A DNA stretch of 42,890 nt, from positions 1-42,890 of the forward strand of contig JAZNYN010000150.1 of NCBI GenBank assembly GCA_045594405.1, written 5' to 3'. This document shows, in pieces, positions 26,808-36,136 of this stretch (positions are counted from its first letter, which is position 1; the number at the start of each line of letters is the position of its first letter). The notes under the pieces were generated by a model, which had not been told where the DNA came from, did no database searches, and saw only the letters and a list, made by a program, of their open reading frames with translations. This stretch comes from Anaeroplasma sp. GTDB lineage: Bacteria > Bacillota_I > Bacilli_A > Acholeplasmatales > Anaeroplasmataceae. Position numbers and translations under genes: made by a program.

Positions 26808-27518
26808 CTAAAATTTTGTAAATGAGAAAAAGTTAGTTTTATCTGGTGCCAGGCTTTTCACTAGTGGCACAAATCTTGAGTTGTTTAATTGTCTTATAGT
26901 GGCAATATATGTAATGTTTAGGTCCTTAGATATAAATGATGCAAGACAAGCATCAAGGCCCGGATCATTAATGGTATCAAATGTCCACAAGCCTAGCTTA
27001 TCACCAGTAAAGAAATCATAAAGTATTACAAATATTTTTTCTTTGATTGTAATTAGATCTATAGATATTCTAATTTCACCGAAGCTATCTATCATTTTTT
27101 GATAAGCATCCTTGATATCCTGGTCACAATTACGTAAAACAATCTCTTTATATTTTTTATATAATATATCAATATTTCTATCAGATATTTCTACTCCCAT
27201 ATCAGCTAGGATATTGCATATAGCATCCCTACTATATTTAAGCTCCTTGTAATATGCAATTGTACAAAAAATTTTAGCTGAATATGTATATCCTTTAAAG
27301 CACATCTTATTTGCTGTTTGAGAAAAGTAGGTAATTTTATCATTACACTTTTCACAGCCATATCCTAAATTTCTAATTTTAAAATACTTACCTGATGTAA
27401 ATTGAACAACTTTATTAGATAACGTATATTTGTATTTTAACGCTGACTTACACTTTGGGCATTTTAGAATTTCAGGCTTATAGATTTTTACAGCAATTTC
27501 CTCAATTTTCTTTCCCAT
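26808..27518 (-). CDS. Zn-ribbon + HTH + partial RNase H-like protein, probably derived from a DDE transposase
   Basis: CPKC...CEKC; helical SRDAICNILADMGVEISDRNIDILY; IRISID followed by beta strands; 10-nt spacers to both neighbours; GGAG RBS. Confidence 0.65.
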   Translation of the reverse strand: MGKKIEEIAVKIYKPEILKCPKCKSALKYKYTLSNKVVQFTSGKYFKIRNLGYGCEKCNDKITYFSQTANKMCFKGYTYSAKIFCTIAYYKELKYSRDAICNILADMGVEISDRNIDILYKKYKEIVLRNCDQDIKDAYQKMIDSFGEIRISIDLITIKEKIFVILYDFFTGDKLGLWTFDTINDPGLDACLASFISKDLNITYIATIRQLNNSRFVPLVKSLAPDKTNFFSFTKF

Positions 27519-27528
27519 AGTATATCTC

Positions 27529-28398
27529 CTACTTAATGTATGCTGCTCCTAATATACCAGCAGAATTACCAAGCGCAGCAAGCTTTATTTCTATATTTTT
27601 CACTGCATAATGAGCATAGATGCGATATTTTTTCTTAATAGTACTTGTTAGTATTTCACCACAGGCAGCAACGCCACCACCAATATAGAAACACTCAACA
27701 TCACAAGCAGTTTCAATAATTGAAATAGCACGTGCTAAAATATCACACACGTAGTCAAACACAAATGAGCCTAATGCATCACCAGCCTTAGCAGCATCAA
27801 ATACAGCTCTTGCAGAAATATTATCAAAATCAATGCTTGTTTCATAGCTGTCCTTGTAGTGCTTTGCAAGTCTTACGATACCTGTTGCAGAAGCAACTGT
27901 TTCTAAGCAGCCCTTTAAGCCACATGAGCATTGGAACTCATGCTTATCAACAACCATATGTCCTATTTCACCGCAGTTACCGTGTGCACCTTGAACTAGT
28001 TTACCATCCATAATATAGCCACCACCTACACCAGTGCCTAGGGTAACCATATATGATGATTGGTATTTACCATCATGTAGCTGTTCACCTAATGCTGCAG
28101 CATTTGCGTCATTAGTTGATGCAAATTCTATATTAGGAAAGGCTTCGGCCATAAATTTATTAAGATCATAATTAGTTACTCCGATATTAGGAAGATTATA
28201 GATAAAATTATTAACTACATGACCAGGCAAGCCAAAACCTATAAAGTCAATATCATCTGTATAATCCTTTATTGCCTTTTCAATATCAGTAAATAATGTA
28301 TCCTTTGTTGTTTCAATTGAAAACGAATCAATCACCTTGTGATTATCACAAACTCCTATTTTTACTGTAGTTCCCCCTACGTCAATTCCAAAACGCAT
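27529..28398 (-). CDS. ROK family sugar kinase (glucokinase-like)
   Basis: GIDVGGT, NDANAAALGE, TLGTGVGGG, GEIGH, CSCG..GCLE..ASATG, IGGGV; GGAGG RBS before ATG 28398. Confidence 0.95.
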   Translation of the reverse strand: MRFGIDVGGTTVKIGVCDNHKVIDSFSIETTKDTLFTDIEKAIKDYTDDIDFIGFGLPGHVVNNFIYNLPNIGVTNYDLNKFMAEAFPNIEFASTNDANAAALGEQLHDGKYQSSYMVTLGTGVGGGYIMDGKLVQGAHGNCGEIGHMVVDKHEFQCSCGLKGCLETVASATGIVRLAKHYKDSYETSIDFDNISARAVFDAAKAGDALGSFVFDYVCDILARAISIIETACDVECFYIGGGVAACGEILTSTIKKKYRIYAHYAVKNIEIKLAALGNSAGILGAAYIK

Positions 28399-28524
28399 AT
28401 TATACCTCCAATTTTTAATAGTCAAACAATATAATTTATTATAACCCTAATGTTTACATTTTTAAAGAGAAAAATGGAAAAAGTCACTATTTAAATAAAT
28501 AATAGTTTTAGACCTTAAAAGACT

Positions 28525-28560
28525 AAAAAAATAAAGGGCGATATGATATGCACCCTTTAT
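28525..28560 (-). terminator. Intrinsic terminator
   Basis: ATAAAGGGCG-N10-CACCCTTTAT stem with an A-run on the left. Confidence 0.65.
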
Positions 28561-28588
28561 AATTAGTATTTAATAAATCATAATCATC

Positions 28589-29011
28589 CTAGCTATAAAA
28601 ATTTGTAATTAACTCATTAATTTCTGTGTTTGAAAATTCAAGTTTAACGCCACTTTCTTTGGCATCTAGGTACTTTGTATAATATGTAGGAAAATACTCA
28701 TAGCAATCATCAGTGTTTGCTAATGTAAAATGAGTGCTTAAATCACCATATCTAAAAATATATAAAATGTGATAATCCTTATTATATTTATCATTGTGAT
28801 ATTTTACCTCATAAAAATACCATGTATCATTGTAATACGCAGTTAATTCAGTTATGTTTTTATTTGTATAATCATCCTCGTTTGAAAAAGAATCAACAAA
28901 CATTTCATTATATGCATCAAAATCATACTCTAGCTTATCCTTGCATGATAGTAACGCAATAAATGATAATATTAAGATTGTAATTTTACTTAATCCAACT
29001 ACCCTTTTCAT
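28589..29011 (-). CDS. Hypothetical lipoprotein, Tyr-rich
   Basis: Basic N-terminus, hydrophobic stretch and LLSC lipobox; AGGGGG RBS. Confidence 0.75.
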   Translation of the reverse strand: MKRVVGLSKITILILSFIALLSCKDKLEYDFDAYNEMFVDSFSNEDDYTNKNITELTAYYNDTWYFYEVKYHNDKYNKDYHILYIFRYGDLSTHFTLANTDDCYEYFPTYYTKYLDAKESGVKLEFSNTEINELITNFYS

Positions 29012-29057
29012 AACTATCCCCCCTAAATTTAAATAGTATTTTTTAATTATGGTTTAA

Positions 29058-29086
29058 ATTATATCGAAATAATATATTGTTGTCAA
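29058..29086 (-). promoter_or_regulatory. Consensus SigA promoter
   Basis: Minus strand TTGACA-17 nt-TATAAT, a perfect consensus. Confidence 0.85.
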
Positions 29087-29133
29087 ACTCAAAAGCTATT
29101 CAAAATTTATATAATAAACAAAAAAGAAGCTGA

Positions 29134-29787
29134 TTATTCAGCCTCCTCAAATCCTAAATCATTTAATATTTTTTTATGTGCATCTACAAAAATTTCCTGA
29201 GGCTCAATGTAGTTAGGACAAACATATTGTCCGCTATCATTATGACATACTGCAGTAATATAGAATTGTTTACCTTGAATTGAAAAATCAATTAGTCTAT
29301 GTGCATAGTCTTCACATACTTTATCAAAAACCTCGTAGCAAATGAATTTGTTGCAATTTGCAAGCTCCTTATTTGGTTCACCCTTTTCTACCTCAGTATC
29401 ATCATGATTAAAATATTTAATATCATCATAAACTAGCACAACCTTATAAGCTGTTTTTTCTCTAACCTTAGTCCATATAGAACCGTAATCTGCCTGTCTA
29501 GATTTGTAGCCCAATTTTTTTAACTTTGGCTCAAAATCAAGTTCAGAAGCTATGTATGTTTTAGTTGGATAATTTATTTGCTTTGGCTTAAATTTAAAGC
29601 TTCTAGTTCCAGCATATTGGATAGTAACTGTCATAAATAAGAATGTTAATGCTAATGCGATAATAACAATTATTCTTAAAGCTCCTTCTGTATTAGCACA
29701 TGCCCAAACTAATAGTAGTGCTATAATGAACGCTACGAAAAAGCTTATCCATATATATCTTAATTTAATATTATTTAGTTTCTTCAT
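29134..29787 (-). CDS. Hypothetical membrane protein (two N-terminal TM helices)
   Basis: 217-aa ORF with two hydrophobic helices then a soluble domain; 2 nt from the upstream gene. Confidence 0.8.
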   Translation of the reverse strand: MKKLNNIKLRYIWISFFVAFIIALLLVWACANTEGALRIIVIIALALTFLFMTVTIQYAGTRSFKFKPKQINYPTKTYIASELDFEPKLKKLGYKSRQADYGSIWTKVREKTAYKVVLVYDDIKYFNHDDTEVEKGEPNKELANCNKFICYEVFDKVCEDYAHRLIDFSIQGKQFYITAVCHNDSGQYVCPNYIEPQEIFVDAHKKILNDLGFEEAE

Positions 29788-29789
29788 AA

Positions 29790-30287
29790 TTACTCCCTAA
29801 ATGGATCTATTGCTGCAATATCAAAATAAAGATTTTCACAGAAATGATCATATAATTTATAGAATGTAGGAACAGGCTTATAGTATTCTAAACGCACTCT
29901 TTCGGCATTATAAACAACCGCTTGTTCAAAGTTATTTTTGTTAGAATTACAGAATTTTTTTGCCAGCTTAATTGAGTTTTCATTCTTGTTTTTAAACACC
30001 ATAAATGAGATGCTTTTATTAGTAGCCTCTAGGTTTTTTTCTTCAATAAATTTCTTAATATTTAAATATTGATATTTATCAATATTTAATTCAAACTCTT
30101 CATTAACTAGAATATTAACAAAGGTTGTACCCTTATAAACCCTTGAAAAAACCTTGCAATTTTCATCCTCTAAAATCAATGTTTCATTTGCATAGATTAG
30201 TGCGTATTCTAAGCTGTGATAAGGCTTTGAATCATAGAAACCAAGAGGTTTAATTTTATCTGTGTTGTATTCAATAAAATCGAACAT
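29790..30287 (-). CDS. Hypothetical protein
   Basis: 165-aa ORF with GGAG RBS; operon-like with 29134-29787. Confidence 0.78.
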   Translation of the reverse strand: MFDFIEYNTDKIKPLGFYDSKPYHSLEYALIYANETLILEDENCKVFSRVYKGTTFVNILVNEEFELNIDKYQYLNIKKFIEEKNLEATNKSISFMVFKNKNENSIKLAKKFCNSNKNNFEQAVVYNAERVRLEYYKPVPTFYKLYDHFCENLYFDIAAIDPFRE

Positions 30288-30432
30288 ATTAACAGCTCCA
30301 TTCCATTTTTTAAATTGACTATTTTATTATAACAAATTTCTAATTAAAATAAAACAATCATTAACAAATTGGTTGAATGATTTATCATAATAGAATACAA
30401 TTTAAATAAAATAGTTATTTGTGGAGGTAATT

Positions 30433-31431
30433 ATGAGACCTAAATTTTTAAATAGAAATGACAAGCTTTATTTTGTTGCACCATCATTTGGATGTACTAG
30501 CTTTCCATATGAGGAAAGATTATTAAAATCTATGCGTGAGCTTGAAGCGTTAGGATATCAAATTAAACTAGGTAAAAATTGTTTTAGAAGTGAAGGCATA
30601 GCTGCCTCAGCACCAGCAGAGGAAAGAGCCACTGAATTTATGGAGGCATATCGTTCAGATGCTAATGCCATATTATCTGTTGGTGGCGGTGAGCTAATGG
30701 TTGAAATGCTTGATTATATCGATTTTGAAGAAATAAAGAAGCTTCCACCTAAATGGTTTATGGGATTTTCTGATAATACTAATCTTACTCATACTCTAAC
30801 AACCATTTGTGATATTGAAACAATATATGGAGTAAATGCAGCAAGATTTTATGATCTTGAGCTAGTTGATACAAAGGATTCCTTAAGAATGCTTGAGGGC
30901 GAAAAAGAATTTGAAGGCTACCCTATGTTTGAACTAAATGAAATAGAAGAGGAAAGACCATTTAATAAGATTAATTTTGATACAAACAAAATAATCACCC
31001 CTTACGCTTATAAGGGAAGCTTTGAGGGTAGGATGATAGGTGGCTGCCTAGATTGCTTAATTAATCTTTGTGGAACAAGGTTTGATAAAACAAAGGAATA
31101 TATCAATAGACACAAGGATGATGGCATTATTTTTTACTTTGAAGCATGTGATTTAAATCCGCTTTCCTTTAGGCGAGCACTACATCAACTAAAGAACGCA
31201 GGCTGGTTTGAAAATGTGAAGGGCTTTGTAATGGGAAGATCATATCACTACAATGAGGATATTATGGGAATTACCTTTGAAGCCTCTGCAATTGATATAT
31301 TAGGAGACCTTAATGTACCAATTTTAATTAACGTTGATTTAGGTCATTTGAAGCCTTCAATACCAATTAGAAATGGCTCAAAAGCTAAAGTGTTCTATGA
31401 GGATTCAAATATTTTAATTAAATATGAGTAA
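30433..31431 (+). CDS. S66 family peptidase (LD-carboxypeptidase / MccF-like)
   Basis: VAPS, ERA.EFM, GGG, GFSDNT (Ser), G.MIGGCL, YFEA (Glu), DLGH (His); GGAGG RBS before ATG 30433. Confidence 0.9.
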   Translation: MRPKFLNRNDKLYFVAPSFGCTSFPYEERLLKSMRELEALGYQIKLGKNCFRSEGIAASAPAEERATEFMEAYRSDANAILSVGGGELMVEMLDYIDFEEIKKLPPKWFMGFSDNTNLTHTLTTICDIETIYGVNAARFYDLELVDTKDSLRMLEGEKEFEGYPMFELNEIEEERPFNKINFDTNKIITPYAYKGSFEGRMIGGCLDCLINLCGTRFDKTKEYINRHKDDGIIFYFEACDLNPLSFRRALHQLKNAGWFENVKGFVMGRSYHYNEDIMGITFEASAIDILGDLNVPILINVDLGHLKPSIPIRNGSKAKVFYEDSNILIKYE

Positions 31432-31445
31432 GAATTCTTTATAAC

Positions 31446-31479
31446 AAAAAAAGATGCATAAAAATGCATCGTTTTTTTT
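31446..31479. terminator. Bidirectional terminator
   Basis: A7-GATGCAT-aaaa-ATGCATC-G-T8 between convergent genes. Confidence 0.8.
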
Positions 31480-32758
31480 ATTTCTCTTTAAATAAAACAC
31501 TTATTTTAAATACAGTATCTGTAATGTTGTATGTGATTGATAGGTTGTTTCGTTCTGCAAACCAATGAATTGAGTTTGTTCCAATACCATGTCCTTTTAA
31601 TGAACTTATCGGCTTGTTATTAGCGTCTGTTTCAATATCACCTGTAAATGAGTTTTCAATTTGTAGGATAAGTCTACCCATATTGTTTATGAAGTTCATA
31701 TTAATGTATCTTCCCGTATCAAGTTTAGATGTGCCATTAATTGCATTTTCTAAACAGTTGGAAATGAAGATTGTAAGCTCGGAGTTTGAAATCTTAATCG
31801 CCTCTTCAAAATTTATTAAATTTGTATTGAATTTAATATTTTTTTCTTCACAAATTACAGAATAATACTCTAGTATTGCGTCTATCATTGGAATAGTGGA
31901 ATAACGCTTTGTTGTAGTAGTTTCAATAGTGCTGATGTAGTTTTGAATTACAGCTATAGCCTCATCGCTCTCACCATTTTTAATTAAAGAATCAACAGTT
32001 ATAAGAACATGTCTTAAATCGTGTCTTACAATTCGCAATTGATTTTCTTTAATTTCACGCATCTTCATAATTTCTTCAAGATTATTAACTGCCTGCTTCA
32101 AAACAATTGAGTCATTTTTAGTTATCATATATTTTTTATATTCGTTAATCATTAAGTATAGGATTGCTATAGCAACAAAGTATATACTAGTTGTTGCAAC
32201 AACGAAAATTTCAAGTCTTAATACAGGTAGAACAGTTGTGTTAATTAAAAAACCATAAACAAAGAATTCAGCATATAAAATAATTTCAAAGATTAATAAA
32301 TAGTATAGTAATTTAGGTAAAACCTCTTCGATTTCATTATGCAACTGAACATAGATTTTTCTTAAATATAAGAAGATTAAAGGAAACGAAAATATGTGTA
32401 AATAATTAAAAAACGGAAAATCATATTTATTTGTAAAAACATCTTTAGTAAGCTGAACAGCATATATAGCTAGGTATGCTGTCAAGCTGGCTATAAGAGA
32501 GGATAGTGGTTTTCTCTTACTAATACATGAAACAAAAATTGCTTGAGGTAAAAAAATAGTAAGTAAATTGTAATTTTCTAAATTAAACGATTCTATTAGA
32601 TAATACAATAAAGTGTTTACTCCTATTAATACAACCATAAAAATGGATGATATTATGGTTGTTGTTTTAATTTTAAAACGACTTTTTGATACAAGCATTA
32701 AGCAGCTCATACTAAATATAGATTGAATAATTATCGGAAATAGTTCAACGATTTTCAT
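31478..32758 (-). CDS. Membrane sensor histidine kinase, AgrC/VirS-like GHKL type
   Basis: About 6-7 TM segments; RHDLRH H-box, NCLENAI N-box, IENSF, GHGIG G-box. Confidence 0.9.
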   Translation of the reverse strand: MKIVELFPIIIQSIFSMSCLMLVSKSRFKIKTTTIISSIFMVVLIGVNTLLYYLIESFNLENYNLLTIFLPQAIFVSCISKRKPLSSLIASLTAYLAIYAVQLTKDVFTNKYDFPFFNYLHIFSFPLIFLYLRKIYVQLHNEIEEVLPKLLYYLLIFEIILYAEFFVYGFLINTTVLPVLRLEIFVVATTSIYFVAIAILYLMINEYKKYMITKNDSIVLKQAVNNLEEIMKMREIKENQLRIVRHDLRHVLITVDSLIKNGESDEAIAVIQNYISTIETTTTKRYSTIPMIDAILEYYSVICEEKNIKFNTNLINFEEAIKISNSELTIFISNCLENAINGTSKLDTGRYINMNFINNMGRLILQIENSFTGDIETDANNKPISSLKGHGIGTNSIHWFAERNNLSITYNITDTVFKISVLFKEK

Positions 32759-33482
32759 TTGTATCACCCACCAAATAATTAATATATTGCTCCTTAACCT
32801 CTTTTAGCATTCGTTTAGAAATTGGAACATTTTTTCCATTAATCATAATAAAGTCATAATCTCTTATACCTTTAATTTTATTCATATTAACTATGTATGA
32901 ATTATGACACAGCAAAAATAAGTTTTTTGTTAAGTCAAATGGAATGGTCTCCAAAAATGTAGTTCTAATTGTAGTAGAGGTAACAGTTGTATTATCAATT
33001 AGATTTACCTCTATACGTCTATTGGCAGATTCAATAAACACAATATCTTCTAAATTAATTGATATCAATGACAGATCATTGGTTTTAAAATTCCAAACAT
33101 TTTTTTTAATATTTAGTTTTTTTAATATTCTATCAATAGAATCGTAAAATTCATTTTTATTTATTGGCTTTAGGATATAGTCAAACGCTTGTACTTTAAA
33201 CGCATCAATGGCATAATCCTTTGATGTAGTAGTAAATATAATAGAAGAATTTGGATGTTTCTTCATTATTTCACCTGCTACATCAATTCCATTTTGTTGC
33301 ATAATCACATCAAGAAGATATAAATCATAATTTTCTATAAAATCTAATTTATTTAAAACGATATTACAATTTGTAAAACAATCGATTGTGACATTGATAT
33401 TCTTCTTGTTAAAATACTCTGTTACATAAGAATATGTAACATTTAATTCAGATTGTGTATCGTCACATATTAAAATACGCAT
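32745..33482 (-). CDS. LytTR family response regulator
   Basis: ICDD, LLDV.M, NGIDVA, IIFTT, AFDYILKP receiver; I.FIES, CHNSYIVNM, VPISKR LytTR domain. Confidence 0.93.
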   Translation of the reverse strand: MRILICDDTQSELNVTYSYVTEYFNKKNINVTIDCFTNCNIVLNKLDFIENYDLYLLDVIMQQNGIDVAGEIMKKHPNSSIIFTTTSKDYAIDAFKVQAFDYILKPINKNEFYDSIDRILKKLNIKKNVWNFKTNDLSLISINLEDIVFIESANRRIEVNLIDNTTVTSTTIRTTFLETIPFDLTKNLFLLCHNSYIVNMNKIKGIRDYDFIMINGKNVPISKRMLKEVKEQYINYLVGDTNENR

Positions 33483-33534
33483 ATTTTCACCTTCTATTTA
33501 GCATTATATCATACTAACCTATATTTAAAAATCA

Positions 33535-33599
33535 ATTTTTACACAAAATACTTCCAATTTTACGCATTTTTTACGTTTTGCAAATAATTATTGTATAAT
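33535..33599 (+). promoter_or_regulatory. Putative LytTR-activated promoter
   Basis: ATTTTTACACA (33535-45) and AATTTTACGCA (33556-66) are 21 bp apart, followed by a weak -35 TTACGT, 17 nt and TATAAT (33594-99). Confidence 0.55.
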
Positions 33600-33730
33600 T
33601 ATTCATGATAAAATGTCGAATTTTGCGATAATATTCAGAGAAGTTATGGATTTTTTACATTTTTGTAGTGTACGAACAATTATATACGTTTTATCATAAA
33701 AAAATAAGCATATATAAGGAGGAAAATGTT

Positions 33731-34465
33731 GTGTTAGTAAAAGTAGAAGGTTTATTTAAAAAGTACAATAAAAAGGCGGATTACAGTATTGAGAATATTA
33801 ATATTGTAGGTAATGCCGGTGAAATAGTAGGTATATTAGGACATAACGGTGCAGGTAAGTCTACAACAATAAAGTGTGTAACTGGTATGCATCCTTATGA
33901 GGAAGGTACCATAACAATTTGTGATTTTGATTTAAATGCAGATCCAATTAATGCAAAGAAAAGCTTTGGATATGTATCTGATGAATTTACATTATATGAA
34001 AAAATGACAGGCTATGAATTTATTAATTTCATGGCTGATATCTATAAGGTTAGTATAGAGGACAGAAAAGAAAGAATTGAATTCTTCCAAGAAATGTTTC
34101 AATTAGGAGATTCAATCTATAATTTAATTTCTTCATATTCACACGGTATGAAGCAAAAAATTTCTATTATGGGTGCACTAATTCATAATCCAAAGGTATT
34201 TATCCTAGATGAACCAATGGTAGGATTAGATCCATATACAGCAAATCAGGTTAAGATTTTCTTTAAAAAACATAGTGAAGCGGGTAACCTAGTTTTATTC
34301 TCATCTCATAATCTTGATGTAGTAGAAAAGCTATGTGACCGAGTATATATTATAGACCAAGGCAAAATTTTAGAAGAAATTAACATCAAAGAATTTAAGA
34401 AGAATAAGAGTGCAGACTTAGAGGAGTATTTCCTATCAATTACTCAAAGAGTTGCTAGAGCATAA
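33731..34465 (+). CDS. ABC-2 type transporter ATP-binding protein
   Basis: GHNGAGKST, YSHGMKQK, LDEPMVGLDP, SSH; GTG start after AAGGAGG. Confidence 0.93.
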   Translation: MLVKVEGLFKKYNKKADYSIENINIVGNAGEIVGILGHNGAGKSTTIKCVTGMHPYEEGTITICDFDLNADPINAKKSFGYVSDEFTLYEKMTGYEFINFMADIYKVSIEDRKERIEFFQEMFQLGDSIYNLISSYSHGMKQKISIMGALIHNPKVFILDEPMVGLDPYTANQVKIFFKKHSEAGNLVLFSSHNLDVVEKLCDRVYIIDQGKILEEINIKEFKKNKSADLEEYFLSITQRVARA

Positions 34466-34467
34466 TA

Positions 34468-36123
34468 ATGAATGAATTTTTAACATTATTCAAATACGAG
34501 CTTAAATCTCAAGTTTCGTTTCACGGTAAGAACCGTAAGTTTGATATAGTTGGTACATTATTATCAGCTTTAATCACTCTTCTAATAGTTGCAGTTTCAA
34601 TTATTTTAATTTCTTCAATAACAAAAAATTATGTTGCCATCAAGGTTAATAAGGTTTCTAATCCTATTCAAAGAGGCTTAGAGCTTATTAATCTATTTTA
34701 CGTTTTAGTTGTTGGTGTTATGACTATACTTTCAGTTGAAAAAATGAGAAAGACACTAACAGATAAAACAGGTAAGAGCTTATTACTACGCTTACCTGTA
34801 AAAAAACAAAACATATTCTTAAGCAAGCTAGCGGTATTATTTTTAATTAACTATTCAACAGGGTTTGTTTTAGTTTTTGCAATTAATTTAATATTCTATA
34901 TTTGTCTTGATGTTTCAGCAATATTCTGGCTACAAACACTAGCTGTTTGGGTATTCCTACCAGTAGTTCCATTTTTACTTGCCAGCCTACTTGTTGTCCC
35001 TTACATCAAGATTGTTGATTTTGTAAAGGAAAGATATATAATTTTATTTATTTTAATCACTGCAATCCTAGTTGGAGCATTCTTGCTTTATTCAAAACTT
35101 TTAAATATTGTTCAAGAATTATTATCAACAGGATCAATGAAGTTTTTATTTAACGAAGGCTTTACCAACACTTTACAGGCTCTTTTAAAATATATTTATC
35201 CGGTTAATTGCTTATCAAAGATTGCAATGGGACAGGATTTATTATTATCTTTTTCTATTGTTGTAGCAGTAACGCTTGCTTCTGTAGCTGCTATTTACTA
35301 TATTTCAAAGGCTTTATATAATGTCACGCTATATAAGAACGAGGAAAGAGTATTTAAGTTTAAGAAGAAGGAAGTTAAAACTCAAAGCAATCCAATCATT
35401 GCGTTAATGAGAAAAGAATTCATTTCTGTATTTAGAGACTCAAAGCATATGTTTTCTTATTTTTCTATCGCATTAGCAATGCCTGTTATGGCATATTGCT
35501 GCTATACACTATTTGAGGCTTTATTAACGAATACATTAGGCTTATCAGCTAATTATTCACTAGCCCTAATTGTAGTATTAGTATTTAGTGTATTAACAAA
35601 CACATTCTGTGCAACTAACATTTCACGTGATGGCGTTTCAAATTTAAAAACTAAGCTACTTCCGATTAAAGCATCTACAATTGTTTTATCGAAGGTAATT
35701 TTCTGTGCAATAGTAAGCTCACTTGCTGTTATTGTAAGCTCAGTTGGCTTAGTGGCATTAACGTCATTAACAATTTTAGATGGCTTACTTGTAATTGTTG
35801 TTGGCTTATTGTTCTCACTTGCACAAATTCTAATTGCAACACGTATTGACCTTGCAAACTGTAAGCTTTCTGCTAATCAATTTGAGGTTGAAAGTCAAAG
35901 CAGTAAAACTATTGCAAAGGTATTAACAATTGGTGTTTCTGCAGCTTTACTAATAGGTATTTTATCTTTAGTAATGATGCTATTTAATGTAGGCAATGAA
36001 TTTATTGCTGGTATTTATATCGGATATATTGTACCTGTAGTTATTGGTGGTGCTTATTTTGCGTTTGCATTCCTATACTACAAACGTAACATCGAAAGAT
36101 GCTATCAAAATCTAACTATGTAA
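34468..36123 (+). CDS. ABC-2 type permease (about 12 TM)
   Basis: LFKYELK, LLRLPV....IFLSKL, LMRKEF...FRD, ISRDG....K.LPI.....LSK: two-lobed ABC-2 membrane pattern; 2 nt after the ATPase. Confidence 0.85.
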   Translation: MNEFLTLFKYELKSQVSFHGKNRKFDIVGTLLSALITLLIVAVSIILISSITKNYVAIKVNKVSNPIQRGLELINLFYVLVVGVMTILSVEKMRKTLTDKTGKSLLLRLPVKKQNIFLSKLAVLFLINYSTGFVLVFAINLIFYICLDVSAIFWLQTLAVWVFLPVVPFLLASLLVVPYIKIVDFVKERYIILFILITAILVGAFLLYSKLLNIVQELLSTGSMKFLFNEGFTNTLQALLKYIYPVNCLSKIAMGQDLLLSFSIVVAVTLASVAAIYYISKALYNVTLYKNEERVFKFKKKEVKTQSNPIIALMRKEFISVFRDSKHMFSYFSIALAMPVMAYCCYTLFEALLTNTLGLSANYSLALIVVLVFSVLTNTFCATNISRDGVSNLKTKLLPIKASTIVLSKVIFCAIVSSLAVIVSSVGLVALTSLTILDGLLVIVVGLLFSLAQILIATRIDLANCKLSANQFEVESQSSKTIAKVLTIGVSAALLIGILSLVMMLFNVGNEFIAGIYIGYIVPVVIGGAYFAFAFLYYKRNIERCYQNLTM

Positions 36124-36136
36124 GGAGTGGTAAATA

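Noticed and set aside
31478-33730. Complete agr quorum-sensing system
   Set aside because: No AgrB-like protease or AgrD-like peptide ORF was found near the kinase and regulator.
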